A stretch of 64,000 nucleotides of DNA, from IMG/VR virus record IMGVR_UViG_3300046839_000025, one strand, 5' to 3'. The position numbers and the translations under genes are program-made. Positions 19,009-30,300 of this stretch are shown here, piece by piece. Under the pieces are notes generated by a model, which saw only the letters and a program-made list of their open reading frames with translations, searched no databases and was not told the DNA's origin. The stretch's first letter is position 1. Every line of letters begins with the position of its first letter. This stretch comes from an uncultured virus (IMG/VR IMGVR_UViG_3300046839_000025). Its lineage: Duplodnaviria > Heunggongvirae > Uroviricota > Caudoviricetes.

Positions 19009-19039
19009 TTCCGTCAAAAGAAATGGGCAAGATCCGTAC
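19009..19039 (-). promoter_or_regulatory. GTACGGA-N14/15-TTTGACGGA motif, copy 1 (candidate phage-sigma promoter)
   Basis: Matching copies at 45152-45181 and 50317-50346, each before an operon start. Confidence 0.55.
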
Positions 19040-19042
19040 TCT

Positions 19043-19745
19043 CATTAAAAATTTCGTACGTGTTTTTTCAGCTCCGGGTCCTGCCTGAGCCTTCTCGTAG
19101 ATCCTCTTGACCTTCCTCTGGATGACCCGCTCGTTCCGGCTTTTCATCCTGGCGTAGTTTGCGGCGGAGTGGTGCTCCAGGATCACATACTGGAAGATCT
19201 CCTGGTCTTCCTTACTAAGCGTACTTACGACTCTCAAGGATCCGGTCAAAGGCAGAGCCCTGGGTCTCGCTTAAGATTCCAAAGGTCAAAGAGGGCGGAG
19301 GGACTTGTCGCTGCAGCCTTCTTCTTCATCGGAGGACAGGATCCGGTCCTAAGGAATCAGTCCAGTTCTTTGGGAAGGCTTCCTTTGCGGCATCTTCAAC
19401 ATATTCAGAAGATGGGGCGTAGCCGTGATCACGCATGAAGTTTTGGGTGAACGCTTCTTTCCATCCTTCAATTTTTCTTTTTCTTGATCGCTGCGAATTG
19501 GCCTTCTTGCTTTTAAGTTGTAATACACTTCTGAATCCTCGATCGAGTAGAGGGCTTTGATGTCTTCTTCTTTGACTCCGTCCTGGCCTGGGATGATTTC
19601 GAATTCTTCGATGAAATCAACATTTCTTCCGTCATGCTGCTCACGCATCGGAAATTTGTATGTATAGGAATAACGCTTTCTCTGGTCCGTTTTCTTCAGT
19701 TGATCAGACTTATTTCTGCATGGACATATACTTGTTTACGTTCAT
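19043..19745 (-). pseudogene. Frameshifted sigma-70/ECF-like regulator
   Basis: Fragments IKALYSIEDSEVYYNLK and STLSKEDQEIFQYV...SAANYAR...VIQRKVKRIYEK (region-4-like HTH) in different frames after a GGAGG-ATG. Confidence 0.5.
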
Positions 19746-20145
19746 AGTGTTGTCCTCCAGTCCATCCCGAACCGAAAGAAACATGGCAAAAAGAGCATGG
19801 CAGGCCTCTTCGGAACGAGATATTCGTTTCGATACGGCCAGCCATGCTCGTAGGCTGGGTTTGTTTAGTTTTCTTCTCACCTCTGCTCGAGCCACCTCTG
19901 CATGCCTGGGTGAACAGGGGTAAGAAAGAGGCTTTTACCGTCATCCTCAGGACAAAAATAAAAAAACGGCAGGCAGTTATCTTTTGCAAAAGGAAAAACT
20001 TCCTATTGCTTTTGATATCTGTCTGCCGGATTCTTCACGGTGCTCTGCGCTGTTGCGCTGCCGAGTTCAATACTTCGTGCAAACTTATGCTGCAGATTAG
20101 CTCTTCGCGGTTCTCTGCCGGGTTCAGCTCATATACTGCAAGCAA

Positions 20146-20331
20146 TTATTTATTTTTCAGATGGGCGGGTGATTTGCTGGAATGCCTTAGAATCTCAACC
20201 GTTACTTTTCCATCCATGACTTCATAGTTAAGTAGGGCCCCGCATTCGGGCAGGACGTTTCAGTGTTTGTCCCGTCGCCGGAACGCCCCCAGCTTATACC
20301 CGCATTCGGGGCAGGTGGTGAAGAGCTTCAT
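20146..20331 (-). pseudogene. Small zinc-ribbon protein (CPECG...CPxCG) with two single-base frameshifts
   Basis: Hand translation restores MKLFTTCPECGYKLGRSGDGTNTETSCPKCGALLNYEV... Confidence 0.55.
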
Positions 20332-20354
20332 TGTGATCAATCCCCCCAATCTGT

Positions 20355-20960
20355 TCAATTTATGTTTTTTAACACATTTACGGCTATGCCCTGGATAATG
20401 CAGTGCTCAACATAGATGTCATTCATCTCCTTATTTTCTGGATGAAGGCGGATGAGCTTTTTCTTAGGCTCCGGATAAAAACGTTTTAAGGTTGCATCTT
20501 CATCGATCAGAGCAACAACAATCTGTCCAGGCTCTGCTGCGTTTTGCTTTTGTGATGAGAACAAGATCGCCGTTATTGATTCCAGCATCAATCATTGAAT
20601 TGCCTTTTGCGTGAAGCAGAAAGAAATCGCTTTGCCGAAAAGGGAAACCGGTAAGGGGATATATTTTTCGATATTGCCTTCAGCGTACTTCGGGATGCCG
20701 CAGGCAATGCTTCCAAGAAGCGGGACTAACACAGTGGACTCTTTTTCTTCTTTCATTTTCGGTGTTATGATTCCCCGATGTCCTTTATATTCGATCTTGC
20801 CTTCTTGCGAAGGTCCTGCAGGTAGCGGGAGACCGTAGCAGTAGAAACACCTGTTCCTGCTGCGATGATCCGGTTTGTTGGAGAAACTCCGATGCTCTTC
20901 CCGGTAGTCATCGATGAAGGAAAGTAAGGTTTTGTAGTACTCCTGGCTCTTTAACTTCAA
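20355..20960 (-). pseudogene. lexA: LexA-family repressor, multiply frameshifted
   Basis: HTH (SPTNRIIAAGTGVSTATVSRYL), VPLLGSIACG cleavage region, GNSM serine and ATLKRF lysine spread across frames; AGGAGG-TTG start. Confidence 0.8.
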
Positions 20961-21007
20961 CTCTTGTCCTCCTTTCTTAGCGTAAGAATAAGTACCTTGC
21001 ATCTACT

Positions 21008-21035
21008 ATTATACGAACAAACGTTCAGTCGTCAA
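21008..21035 (-). promoter_or_regulatory. sigmaA promoter (TTGACG-16-TATAAT) with Firmicutes SOS box GAAC-N4-GTTC in the spacer
   Basis: cGAACaaacGTTCa at 21014-21027, upstream of lexA. Confidence 0.8.
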
Positions 21036-21169
21036 TATGGTAATTTTGCTATTCGGAAAACTGTCACTTTTTCCTTACACTTGAGAAGATGTTGGTAGAT
21101 GGGCAGAAAAGGGTAGAAGAGGATGCTTGAAAATCCGGTCTTTATATAGTCCGCAAAATAGCAGAACAT

Positions 21170-21187
21170 TGTCGTGAAATTGCGACA
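21170..21187. promoter_or_regulatory. Palindrome TGTCG-N8-CGACA, candidate WYL-regulator operator
   Basis: Inverted repeat ~80 bp upstream of the WYL gene. Confidence 0.45.
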
Positions 21188-21264
21188 GTTTATGTTTGCG
21201 GGCTCAGCTTTATGCTGATATACTATTATTTATTGAGTATGCATAAGAAACCGGAGGAGCCCAG

Positions 21265-22245
21265 ATGCCAAACGGGAACAGACAGAAAATCAAGCTGCTG
21301 AAGCTCATGGAGATGCTTTACCAACAGACCGATGAAGAGCATCCGCTTTCGACCAGCCAGTTAATGAAAAGACTGAATGATCTTGGAATTAGCTGTGACC
21401 GCAGGACCCTTGGTAACGACATCGCGACCCTGAACGAGTACGGCTACGAGGTCTTAAGCTGCTACGTGGGCCACGAGAAGGGCTACTACGTCGTCGACCG
21501 GACCTTTACCGTCCCGGAGCTGAAGATCCTGATCGATGCGGTCCAGGCCGCAGGCTTCATCACAGAGAAGAAGACAAAAGAATTCGTGGACAAGATCGCA
21601 AGTCTTGGAGGAAGCCACCGAGCCGAGATTCTGAAAGGCAATATGGTCTGCTTCAACACAACGAAGCATTCCAACGAAGAGATCTACTACAACATCTCCG
21701 AACTCGAAAATGCGCTTCTTCATAAGAAGAAAGCCTCCTTCTATTACTTCGACCGGGACGAAAAGGGGCAGAAAGTCTACCGGCAGAACAAAGAGCGCTA
21801 CATCGAAAATCCGATGGCTCTGATTTACAACAACGATCGCTATTACCTGATGTGCTATTCCTTCAAACATAACGGGATCTGCAACTATCGGATCGACCGG
21901 ATGGAGCACGTCAACACAGAAAATGAAGACGTCACTCCGGAAGCCATCATGGATGCATCGGGCATCGGAGAATACACCGAGCAGGTCTTCAAGATGTACG
22001 GCGGCAAGGCCGAAGACATCGTCCTGGAGTTTGACGACAAGCTGATCGGCGTGGTGCAGGATAAATTCGGAGAAGGCACCAAAATGATCCGGACAGCCCC
22101 GGGCAAATGCACAGCCTCGATCAAGGTGCAGATCTCACCGACCTTCTGGGGCTGGCTCTTTCAGTTCGTTGGGCAGATGAAGATCCTGTCACCGGAAAGC
22201 TTGATGGAAGAGTACCGGCAGCGGGCGAAGATGGTGATGGAATAG
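21265..22245 (+). CDS. WYL-domain transcriptional regulator (wHTH-WYL-WCX)
   Basis: TDEEHPLS, DRRTLGNDI HTH; NP..L.YNNDRYYL, YRIDRM; TFWGWLFQF. Confidence 0.9.
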   Translation: MPNGNRQKIKLLKLMEMLYQQTDEEHPLSTSQLMKRLNDLGISCDRRTLGNDIATLNEYGYEVLSCYVGHEKGYYVVDRTFTVPELKILIDAVQAAGFITEKKTKEFVDKIASLGGSHRAEILKGNMVCFNTTKHSNEEIYYNISELENALLHKKKASFYYFDRDEKGQKVYRQNKERYIENPMALIYNNDRYYLMCYSFKHNGICNYRIDRMEHVNTENEDVTPEAIMDASGIGEYTEQVFKMYGGKAEDIVLEFDDKLIGVVQDKFGEGTKMIRTAPGKCTASIKVQISPTFWGWLFQFVGQMKILSPESLMEEYRQRAKMVME

Positions 22246-22263
22246 GAAAGGAAATACAAGCGA

Positions 22264-23214
22264 ATGCTTGAGATAGATATCATAGAACAGAATATTGCAG
22301 ACATCAGCTTGGACCTTCTGAAAATTCTCCTCACTGATAAAACGACGAGAAAATATATCCGATGGGGAAGCGATAATTATACCAAGTATGGTTCTGAGTA
22401 CAGCGCAAATCAAGAGATAAGGCCGGAACTCATTATCGGGGATCGAAGTACAGTGATTCAGCCCCGCGTTTCTAAGAAAGAAGAGGAGCAGACAAAGCGA
22501 ACCAGAGATAAAGCGGAAGTCTTCACACCGTCCTGGGTCTGTAACGAGCAGAATAATTTAGTCGATGAAGCATGGTTTGGAAGACAGGATGTATTTAATA
22601 CGGCTGGAGACAAGTGTTGGACTACACATTTAGAGAAAATAGAGTTTTCCGGAGAGAAAACTTGGATGAGTTACGTCGATGCCAGGCGAATGGAAGTCAG
22701 CTGCGGTGAGGCACCGTACTTAGTCAGCCGTTATGATACGGTTACTGGTGAAATAATTCCGTTACACGATCGCATTGGCATTTTGGACAGGAAGATCAGG
22801 ATCGTAAATGAAAATGCTTCTACCGATGATGAGTGGAAGAAGTGGGCAGAAAGAGCATTTCAGAGCTGCTACGGATATGATTTCCAGGGTGATAATGTAT
22901 TACTTGCACGGGAGAATTTATTGTATTCCTACCAGGAATATTATGAAGACAGATTCGGGCAAACACCTGCTGTGCAAGAGTTAAAGAAGATTGCGCAGAT
23001 AGCTGCCTGGAATATCTGGCAGATGAACGGACTTACCTTGACCGCACCGTATAGTCTGGCTCCTCCGGTGCAGAAACAGATGTCTTTGTTTGATGTACTC
23101 GGACAGGATGATAATGACGAGAGTGAAAAAGAAAATAACGAACTGCCATGTAAAATCTTCGACTGGCGTTCGAAAGAGAGTTTAGAGTTTAGATCACTAG
23201 TAAATAGAGGGTAG
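22264..23214 (+). CDS. RM-associated methyltransferase-like subunit
   Basis: KAEVFTP, EVSCGEAPYL, YGYDFQGDNVLLAR, NIWQMNGL; no NPPY/DPPY. Confidence 0.75.
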   Translation: MLEIDIIEQNIADISLDLLKILLTDKTTRKYIRWGSDNYTKYGSEYSANQEIRPELIIGDRSTVIQPRVSKKEEEQTKRTRDKAEVFTPSWVCNEQNNLVDEAWFGRQDVFNTAGDKCWTTHLEKIEFSGEKTWMSYVDARRMEVSCGEAPYLVSRYDTVTGEIIPLHDRIGILDRKIRIVNENASTDDEWKKWAERAFQSCYGYDFQGDNVLLARENLLYSYQEYYEDRFGQTPAVQELKKIAQIAAWNIWQMNGLTLTAPYSLAPPVQKQMSLFDVLGQDDNDESEKENNELPCKIFDWRSKESLEFRSLVNRG

Positions 23215-23215
23215 A

Positions 23216-26200
23216 TTGATGGATACAAGATTTAAAGAAGCCTTCGACTACAAAGTAATTTACGTATTTACAATCCTGGATGAGGCACATAAGGGATTGC
23301 TTAAAATCGGCGATGCAACAGTAGAAACGGAAAGTCCTATCGACAAACTTCCGCCAAACTGTCATGAATTGAATCAGGCAGCCCTGAAAAGAATCCGTTC
23401 CTATACAAACACGGCTGGATTGAATCCGAAACTCCTTCATACAGAACTTGCAGTCCGCCAGAAGAAAAATAAAGATGGAAGCGTTGTAAATGAAGCCTTT
23501 CGCGATCATCAGGTTCATGACGTATTAAAAAATTCGGGAATCAGAAATGTCAAATTCGACGGATCAACAGGCCAGGAATGGTATAAGATTGATCTCGAAA
23601 CAGCGAAAAAAGCGATTGAGGCGGTTAAGAATTACTATGCAAATTTAAGCAATAGCTCTTCATCAGCATCAACACATACTCCGATTGTTTTCCGCCCGGA
23701 ACAGGAGGACTGCATCAAAAAGGCCGTAAAGCATTTTAAAAAGGCAGATCGTTTCCTTGTCAATGCTAAAATGCGTTATGGCAAGACACTGGTCTCTCTT
23801 GAGATCGTTAAAGAATGCAAATTCAATAAAACTATTATCATGACCCATCGACCGGTAGTAAATGCCGGCTGGTATGAAGACTTCACGAAAATTTTCTACG
23901 ATGAGAATGACATTATTTACGGATCTAAGGATAATGGCTATACAGTAGAAAAACTGCTTAATACAGGAAAACGCTTTATCTATTTTGCGTCGATTCAGGA
24001 TCTTCGAGGATCATCGGAAGTTGGTGGAAAGTTCAACAAAAACGATGCCGTTTTCAGTACGCACTGGGACTGCGTGATTGTTGATGAGGCGCATGAAGGC
24101 ACGACAACAGCACTTGGAGAAGAAACCGTCAAGGCAGTCGTAAAAGAAGGCTCCGGGACGAAATTCCTTGCGCTGTCCGGTACGCCGTTTAATATTCTGA
24201 CTGATTATGATGAGAACTCCATTTATACCTGGGACTACATCATGGAGCAGGAATGCAAGTATGGATGGGACGACAAACATTTCGGTGATCACAATCCGTA
24301 TGACGACCTGCCTGAGCTGCGTATTTACACGTATTCTCTAGGGGATATTCTCCACAACAGCAACTATATCACATACGAGGATAAGGCCTTCAATTTCAGA
24401 GAGTTTTTCCGCACATTTACAGGTGACTATAAAGCGGACTACGCGGATATGCCAGAGGGCGCTGAAGTAGGCGATTTTGTACATGAAGCTGACGTTTGGT
24501 CGTTCCTTAATCTGATGACAAAAGAAGACGAGCAGAGTGGATACCCGTATTCGAATGAAGAGTACAGAAACATCTTTAAGCATTCTTTGTGGATGGTTCC
24601 AGGCGTTAGAGAGGCTCGTGCGTTGAAGAAACTGATGCTGAAGCATCCTGTTTTCGGAAGCGGTCAGTTTGATATCGTTAATGTTGCCGGAAATGGAGAT
24701 CAGGACGAAGAATCAGAAGATGCGCTCAAAAAGGTGAAAAATGCTATCCGTTCTGCCAAGAAGTCCGGAACTTATACCATCACGTTGTCTTGCGGAAAGT
24801 TAACGACTGGTGTTACCGTCAAGGACTGGACGGCGGTATTCATGCTTGCTGGATCCTATTCGACTTCGGCTGCGAATTATCTGCAGACGATTTTTCGCGT
24901 GCAGTCTCCTTGCAGCGACAATGGTAAGGTGAAGGATAGGGCATATGTGTTTGATTTTGCGCCAGATAGAACGCTGAAGATGATTTCAAGCGCTGTACAG
25001 GTATCTTCTAAGGCCGGGAAGACAAAAGAAAGCGACAGGAGAATAATGGGTAAGTTCCTGAACTATTGTCCTGTTATCTCCGTCTCTGGATCACAGATGC
25101 ATGAATACAGCACCAACAGACTTCTTCAGCAGCTGAAGCGTGCATATGCTGACAAAGTAGTTAGAAATGGCTTTGACGATTCAAAATTATATAACGATGA
25201 GCTTTTCAAATTAGATAAAGTTGATATTGAAAAGTTTGATAAATTAAAGGGAATCATCGGGACCTCAAAGGCAGCACCAAAAGCCAACGATATTACTGTT
25301 AATGACCAGGGATTAACAGATGAAGAGTATGAAGAACAAGAGAAATTAAAGAAGAAAAAGAAAAAGGACTTAACACCTGAAGAAAAGGCACGTCTTGAGG
25401 AACTGAACAAAAAGAAGAAAGTACGCAGTGATGCGATCAGTATTTTGCGTGGTATCTCTATTAGAATGCCGCTTCTCATTTATGGTGCAGATATTCCATA
25501 TGACGAAGAGGTAACACTTGATAAATTAGTTGATATCGTAGATGATTCATCTTGGGAAGAATTTATGCCAAATGGTATTACCAAGCGTGTGTTTAAAGAC
25601 TTCCAGAAATATTACGATGAAGAGGTGTTCATTGCTGCGGGAAGAAGAATCAGAAATATTTCCAGAGAAGCAGATACCTTGGAGCCGACCGAGAGAGTAA
25701 AGAAGATCGCCGGCCTCTTCAGCTACTTTAAGAATCCGGATAAGGAAACCGTACTTACGCCATGGCGTGTTGTAAACATGCACATGTCTGACTGTCTCGG
25801 CGGCTGGTGTTTTTACGATGAGAGCTTTGAAGAAGATAAAAAGCTGGATGAGCCACGTTTCGTAGATCGAGGTCAGGTCACAGCTGATGTATTTGGCAAG
25901 CTGGATACGCGGATCCTGGAGATAAATTCTAAGACTGGACTATATCCGCTATATGTCACTTACAGTGCATATCGCAGACGGCTAAGGGAACTCGGGAACA
26001 AAGAGCTGAATGTTCAAGAATTGCAGAAGATATGGCTGGACACTGTAAGGGAGAATATATTTGTTATCTGTAAGACGCCGATGGCGAAAGCTATCACAAA
26101 GAGAACGTTGGTAGGGTACGCTGATGCTGTAATCAATGCGCATTACTTTGATGACTTGATTAATACGATGAAAAATAAGCCACAGCAGTTTGTTAAGCGC

Positions 26201-27202
26201 GTGTTAAAAGAAAGCTATTGGAAAAAAGGTATTGATGAGATGAATTTTGATGCTATTGTAGGAAATCCGCCATATCAGAATATGGATGGCGGAAATAAAT
26301 CGAGTGCTTCGCCAATTTATCATTATTTTATTGAGCAGGCAAAGTCAATAAATCCACATTATCTTTCTATGATTGTTCCAGCAAAATGGTATTCGGGTGG
26401 CAAGGGACTGGATGCATTTAGAAAAGAAATGTTAAGCGACAGACGAATCGTAAAAATCTTTGATTTTAGCAATAGCTTGGATGTCTTCAACAATGTAGAT
26501 ATTGCAGGTGGAATATGCTATTTTTTGTGGGATAATGCTTATAATGGAAAATGTTTGTTTACAAACCATAGCGCAATTGGAACTACAAGCATTCAAAAAT
26601 ATTTGGATGAATATGATGTGCTGATCAGATACCCTCTGGCGGATTCAATTATCAGGAAAATATTAAATAAAAATGAGAGCAAACTTTCTGAAGTTGTATC
26701 TAGCAGAAAACCATTTGGACTTGCTACCAATGTCAAACCGCAACAAGAAGGGGATCTTACGCTGAGATATACAGGTGGAACTGGACCTTATAGGAGAGCA
26801 GATGTAAAGGTGGGAATCGACATAATCGATAAATGGAAGGTAATGATTTCCTATTTAAGTGCGGAACACGCTGGCCAGCCTGATAAAAATGGTCAATTTA
26901 AGGTATTATCTACGACAGAACTATTACCACCAAAATATATTTGTACGGAAACGTACTTGATAGCTGGGTACTTTGATACGGAAAATGAAGCTGTCAATTA
27001 CTATGATTATTTAAAAACGAAATTTGTTAGATTCCTTATAGGACAAGTTGCGGTATCTCAGCATATAACAAAGAATTCGTTTATGTTTGTTCCGAGCCAG
27101 GATTTTAGCAAGGAATGGAATGATGAACAATTATTTGAAAAGTATGGGTTGAGTAACAATGAAATCCATTTCATTGATTCAATGATAAAGCCTATGGATT
27201 AA
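23216..27202 (+). CDS. Fused GIY-YIG-like nuclease / SF2 helicase / Eco57I-type adenine MTase / TRD
   Basis: IYVF..LLKIGDA; AKMRYGKT, VDEAHEG, LSGTP, QTIFRVQ; IVGNPPY; AT-rich C-terminal TRD. Confidence 0.85.
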   Translation: MMDTRFKEAFDYKVIYVFTILDEAHKGLLKIGDATVETESPIDKLPPNCHELNQAALKRIRSYTNTAGLNPKLLHTELAVRQKKNKDGSVVNEAFRDHQVHDVLKNSGIRNVKFDGSTGQEWYKIDLETAKKAIEAVKNYYANLSNSSSSASTHTPIVFRPEQEDCIKKAVKHFKKADRFLVNAKMRYGKTLVSLEIVKECKFNKTIIMTHRPVVNAGWYEDFTKIFYDENDIIYGSKDNGYTVEKLLNTGKRFIYFASIQDLRGSSEVGGKFNKNDAVFSTHWDCVIVDEAHEGTTTALGEETVKAVVKEGSGTKFLALSGTPFNILTDYDENSIYTWDYIMEQECKYGWDDKHFGDHNPYDDLPELRIYTYSLGDILHNSNYITYEDKAFNFREFFRTFTGDYKADYADMPEGAEVGDFVHEADVWSFLNLMTKEDEQSGYPYSNEEYRNIFKHSLWMVPGVREARALKKLMLKHPVFGSGQFDIVNVAGNGDQDEESEDALKKVKNAIRSAKKSGTYTITLSCGKLTTGVTVKDWTAVFMLAGSYSTSAANYLQTIFRVQSPCSDNGKVKDRAYVFDFAPDRTLKMISSAVQVSSKAGKTKESDRRIMGKFLNYCPVISVSGSQMHEYSTNRLLQQLKRAYADKVVRNGFDDSKLYNDELFKLDKVDIEKFDKLKGIIGTSKAAPKANDITVNDQGLTDEEYEEQEKLKKKKKKDLTPEEKARLEELNKKKKVRSDAISILRGISIRMPLLIYGADIPYDEEVTLDKLVDIVDDSSWEEFMPNGITKRVFKDFQKYYDEEVFIAAGRRIRNISREADTLEPTERVKKIAGLFSYFKNPDKETVLTPWRVVNMHMSDCLGGWCFYDESFEEDKKLDEPRFVDRGQVTADVFGKLDTRILEINSKTGLYPLYVTYSAYRRRLRELGNKELNVQELQKIWLDTVRENIFVICKTPMAKAITKRTLVGYADAVINAHYFDDLINTMKNKPQQFVKRVLKESYWKKGIDEMNFDAIVGNPPYQNMDGGNKSSASPIYHYFIEQAKSINPHYLSMIVPAKWYSGGKGLDAFRKEMLSDRRIVKIFDFSNSLDVFNNVDIAGGICYFLWDNAYNGKCLFTNHSAIGTTSIQKYLDEYDVLIRYPLADSIIRKILNKNESKLSEVVSSRKPFGLATNVKPQQEGDLTLRYTGGTGPYRRADVKVGIDIIDKWKVMISYLSAEHAGQPDKNGQFKVLSTTELLPPKYICTETYLIAGYFDTENEAVNYYDYLKTKFVRFLIGQVAVSQHITKNSFMFVPSQDFSKEWNDEQLFEKYGLSNNEIHFIDSMIKPMD

Positions 27203-27366
27203 GGTGGAGAATGATTACTATGAAAGCAGACATTATCACTATAACTAATTTATTGTGGTGGTCGAGTCCTTTGATTTACTGGGGATGAAGGACATTCAAC
27301 GTGATAATGAAATTTGCTTAGTTGCTTTTTAAAAATAATTTGAGAAAGAGAGTTAGGCAGGATCAA

Positions 27367-30300
27367 ATGAAAGGTTCAGAAGCGAAGTTATTAAACTTTA
27401 TGGAAGGTGCAAATTACAGATACGTCATTCCAGTTTATCAGAGAAAGTATGATTGGAAAAGAGACAACTGCGAACAGCTCTATGACGATTTAAAGAGCGT
27501 CATTCGGGATCATAGAGACAGCCATTTTTTCGGAAGTATTGTTTCACAGGTGATACCAGAAGGTGCCAATATTCATTATCAGATTATTGATGGTCAGCAG
27601 CGTTTGACAACGGTTACGTTGCTCCTTCTGGCAATGAGTAATCTTATCCGAGACAAGAAAATCAAGTCTGAGGAGCATAAACTTGATGAACAGATCATGC
27701 AGCGTTTTCTTATTGCCCCTTGGGCAGCGGAAGAGGACAAAATAAAACTTCGGCCCGTAAGAGAAGATCGGGAAGCATTAAAAAAGTTATTCGGACAAGA
27801 GGAGGATTTTGATCGAAGTTCCAACCTCACCATAAATTACTATTATTTCTGTGAACAGCTTCTTCGGGAAGAAGTCAGTGTGGACGATTTATATGCGGCA
27901 ATCGGAAAGCTTGAAATCATCAGTATTCTGCTTGAGCATGGTGATAATCCACAGCTTATTTTTGAAAGTCTGAACTCGACCGGCCTGGCTCTCACCGAAG
28001 GAGATAAAATAAGAAACTATATTCTGATGGGATTAACACCAAAGGAACAGACTCAATATTATGATAAGTACTGGACTAAAATTGAGAAGTGCACGCAGAA
28101 TAACGTCAGTGGATTTGTTCGAGATTATCTGAGTATAAAGCAGCAGGTTACGCCAACCATAAGTAATGTTTATCATGCGTTTAAGAAATATGCTGAAGAG
28201 GCGAATTTGCAGGTTGAAGATCTCCTCGCAAGCCTTTTGGAATATGCTCGTTATTATGAAAAGCTACTTACTGGTAACAGTGGGTTAAATAACCAGGAAC
28301 TGGATGACTGCCTGTATCGCTTAAACCGATTAGAAGTGGGTGTAACTCGTCCATTCTTTATGGAAGTCCTGAGGCTTAACCATGAGGGGAAGTTGTCCGT
28401 GGATGATGTGCTGCAGGTTTTCCTTATCACGGAGAACTACTTATTCCGTAGAAATATCTGTGATGTTCCGACGAATGCCTTAAATAAGGTGTTCTTGAAC
28501 TTGAACAGAGATATCCTTCGCTACGATAACACGGTTAATGATTACGTCGATAAATTTGTGTACGCGTTACTTACGAAAAAAGAAAGCGGCAGATTCCCGC
28601 GTGATGATGAGTTTTCGATGGCACTTTCTGAGAAGCAGGTATATCAGATGCGTGGAAAATATAAAGTTTACCTGTTCGAGCGTTTTGAAAACTACGGTAC
28701 GATTGAAACCAAGGATGTTTATAAACATTTAGATCAGAACGATTATTCAATTGAGCATATTATGCCGCAGCATCTCACTCCAGCATGGATTGAAAGTCTT
28801 GGCCCAGATTATGAGACAATACACGAAACATGGCTTCACCGACTGGCAAATCTTACTTTGACTGGATATAATCCGAGCCTCAGCAATAATACTTTTATTG
28901 AAAAGAGAGATGCCAAAGTTGGCGGATATAAAAACAGTGGACTGCGCATGACCCAGAAAATTGCGGCTAAGGATTCTTGGGGGCTTCCTGAATTAGAAGA
29001 ACGAAATAAGAGAATGGTGAATTATGCTACGAAAGAAATCTGGAAATGCCCAGCAACTGCATTCCGGCCAGCAATAAAAGAATTTGATTCTTGTACATTG
29101 GAAGATGAGAATTATGACTTAACTGGAAGGGATATTATTAAATACAGTTATCAGAACATGGAGCAGCCGGTAGCCAGCTGGGCAGATATGCTTGAGCATG
29201 TACTGAAGTTTCTGCATCAGAAGGACAAATCTGTTCTTGTGAGCATAGCCTATAACCAGAATTCGGCGTCGGATCTCGCAGCTTATGTCAGCACTGATCC
29301 AAAGAAATTACGCAGTGCAATAAAGGTAGATGAAGAACTCTATTTTGAAAAGGGAACCAGTACTTCGCTCAAAATTTCTATCCTCCGCAGATTATTTGCA
29401 CTCTACAATGCTGACCCAATGGATTTGGTGTTCTATCTGCGTGATGTTCAGCAAGAGAAGGTATCGGATGAGTCGAGGTATGAATTAAGAAAGAGGTATT
29501 GGGCTTACGCGTTGCCGGAGATCCAAAAAAAGAATGCTCATCGGGGAACATTTACAAATTGCGCATTAACCTCTTCAAACACGGTTTCTGGATATTTTGG
29601 ACTTTCGGGATTTAGTATTCACTGTGTTGCGAATTATGATAAAGCACGCATTGATATGTATCTGGGAAATGGAAGCAAGGAAAAGAATAAAAAGGCATTT
29701 GACTTATTACAGAACCATAAGTCGGAAATCGAGAGTAACTTAGGAACGGCTCTCAACTGGGAACGTTCTAATGATACTAAAGGATCTTGGATTTCATATT
29801 CTTTGAAAGATGTCAGCATTACGAACGAAGCTGACTGGACCAGGATGGCGAAGTTTCAGGCAGAGTGGAGCGATAAGTTTGGCAATGCGATGATTCCTAT
29901 CCTTGAGGAGAACTTCAGCGACGAGACTGAGGATGAAAGAAATAAAAGGAAACGCATAGCTGTAGTCACAGGGTATATTCATGAATGGGGCTTGAAGAAG
30001 ACCGAGTCTGGAGAAATCGACTTTGATCTTGCCAAGAGCAATCAGGCCTATTCTCGTTTCAGGACAAAAGAAATGTCTGCTCTGCTTCCGGATGTGGAAG
30101 GTGCGCTAAGCGACTGGAATGTGCTGAATCATTACTTTTATGAAATCCGCAATACGACAGGGGAAAGCCTGTATATTCAGTTAGCCTTTAATTCAAAGAA
30201 TCTTCCTGAGGATCAGAGGGAAATCTGCGAACGCATTTGTGATATAGAATCCACGAAATATAAGAAGAATTGGGATTGGCTGCTCCCGTTACGTACCGGC

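Noticed and set aside
20247..20315. cccgcattcggg(g)cagg direct repeat as a regulatory element
   Set aside because: Explained by the two CPxCG knuckles of the zinc-ribbon gene
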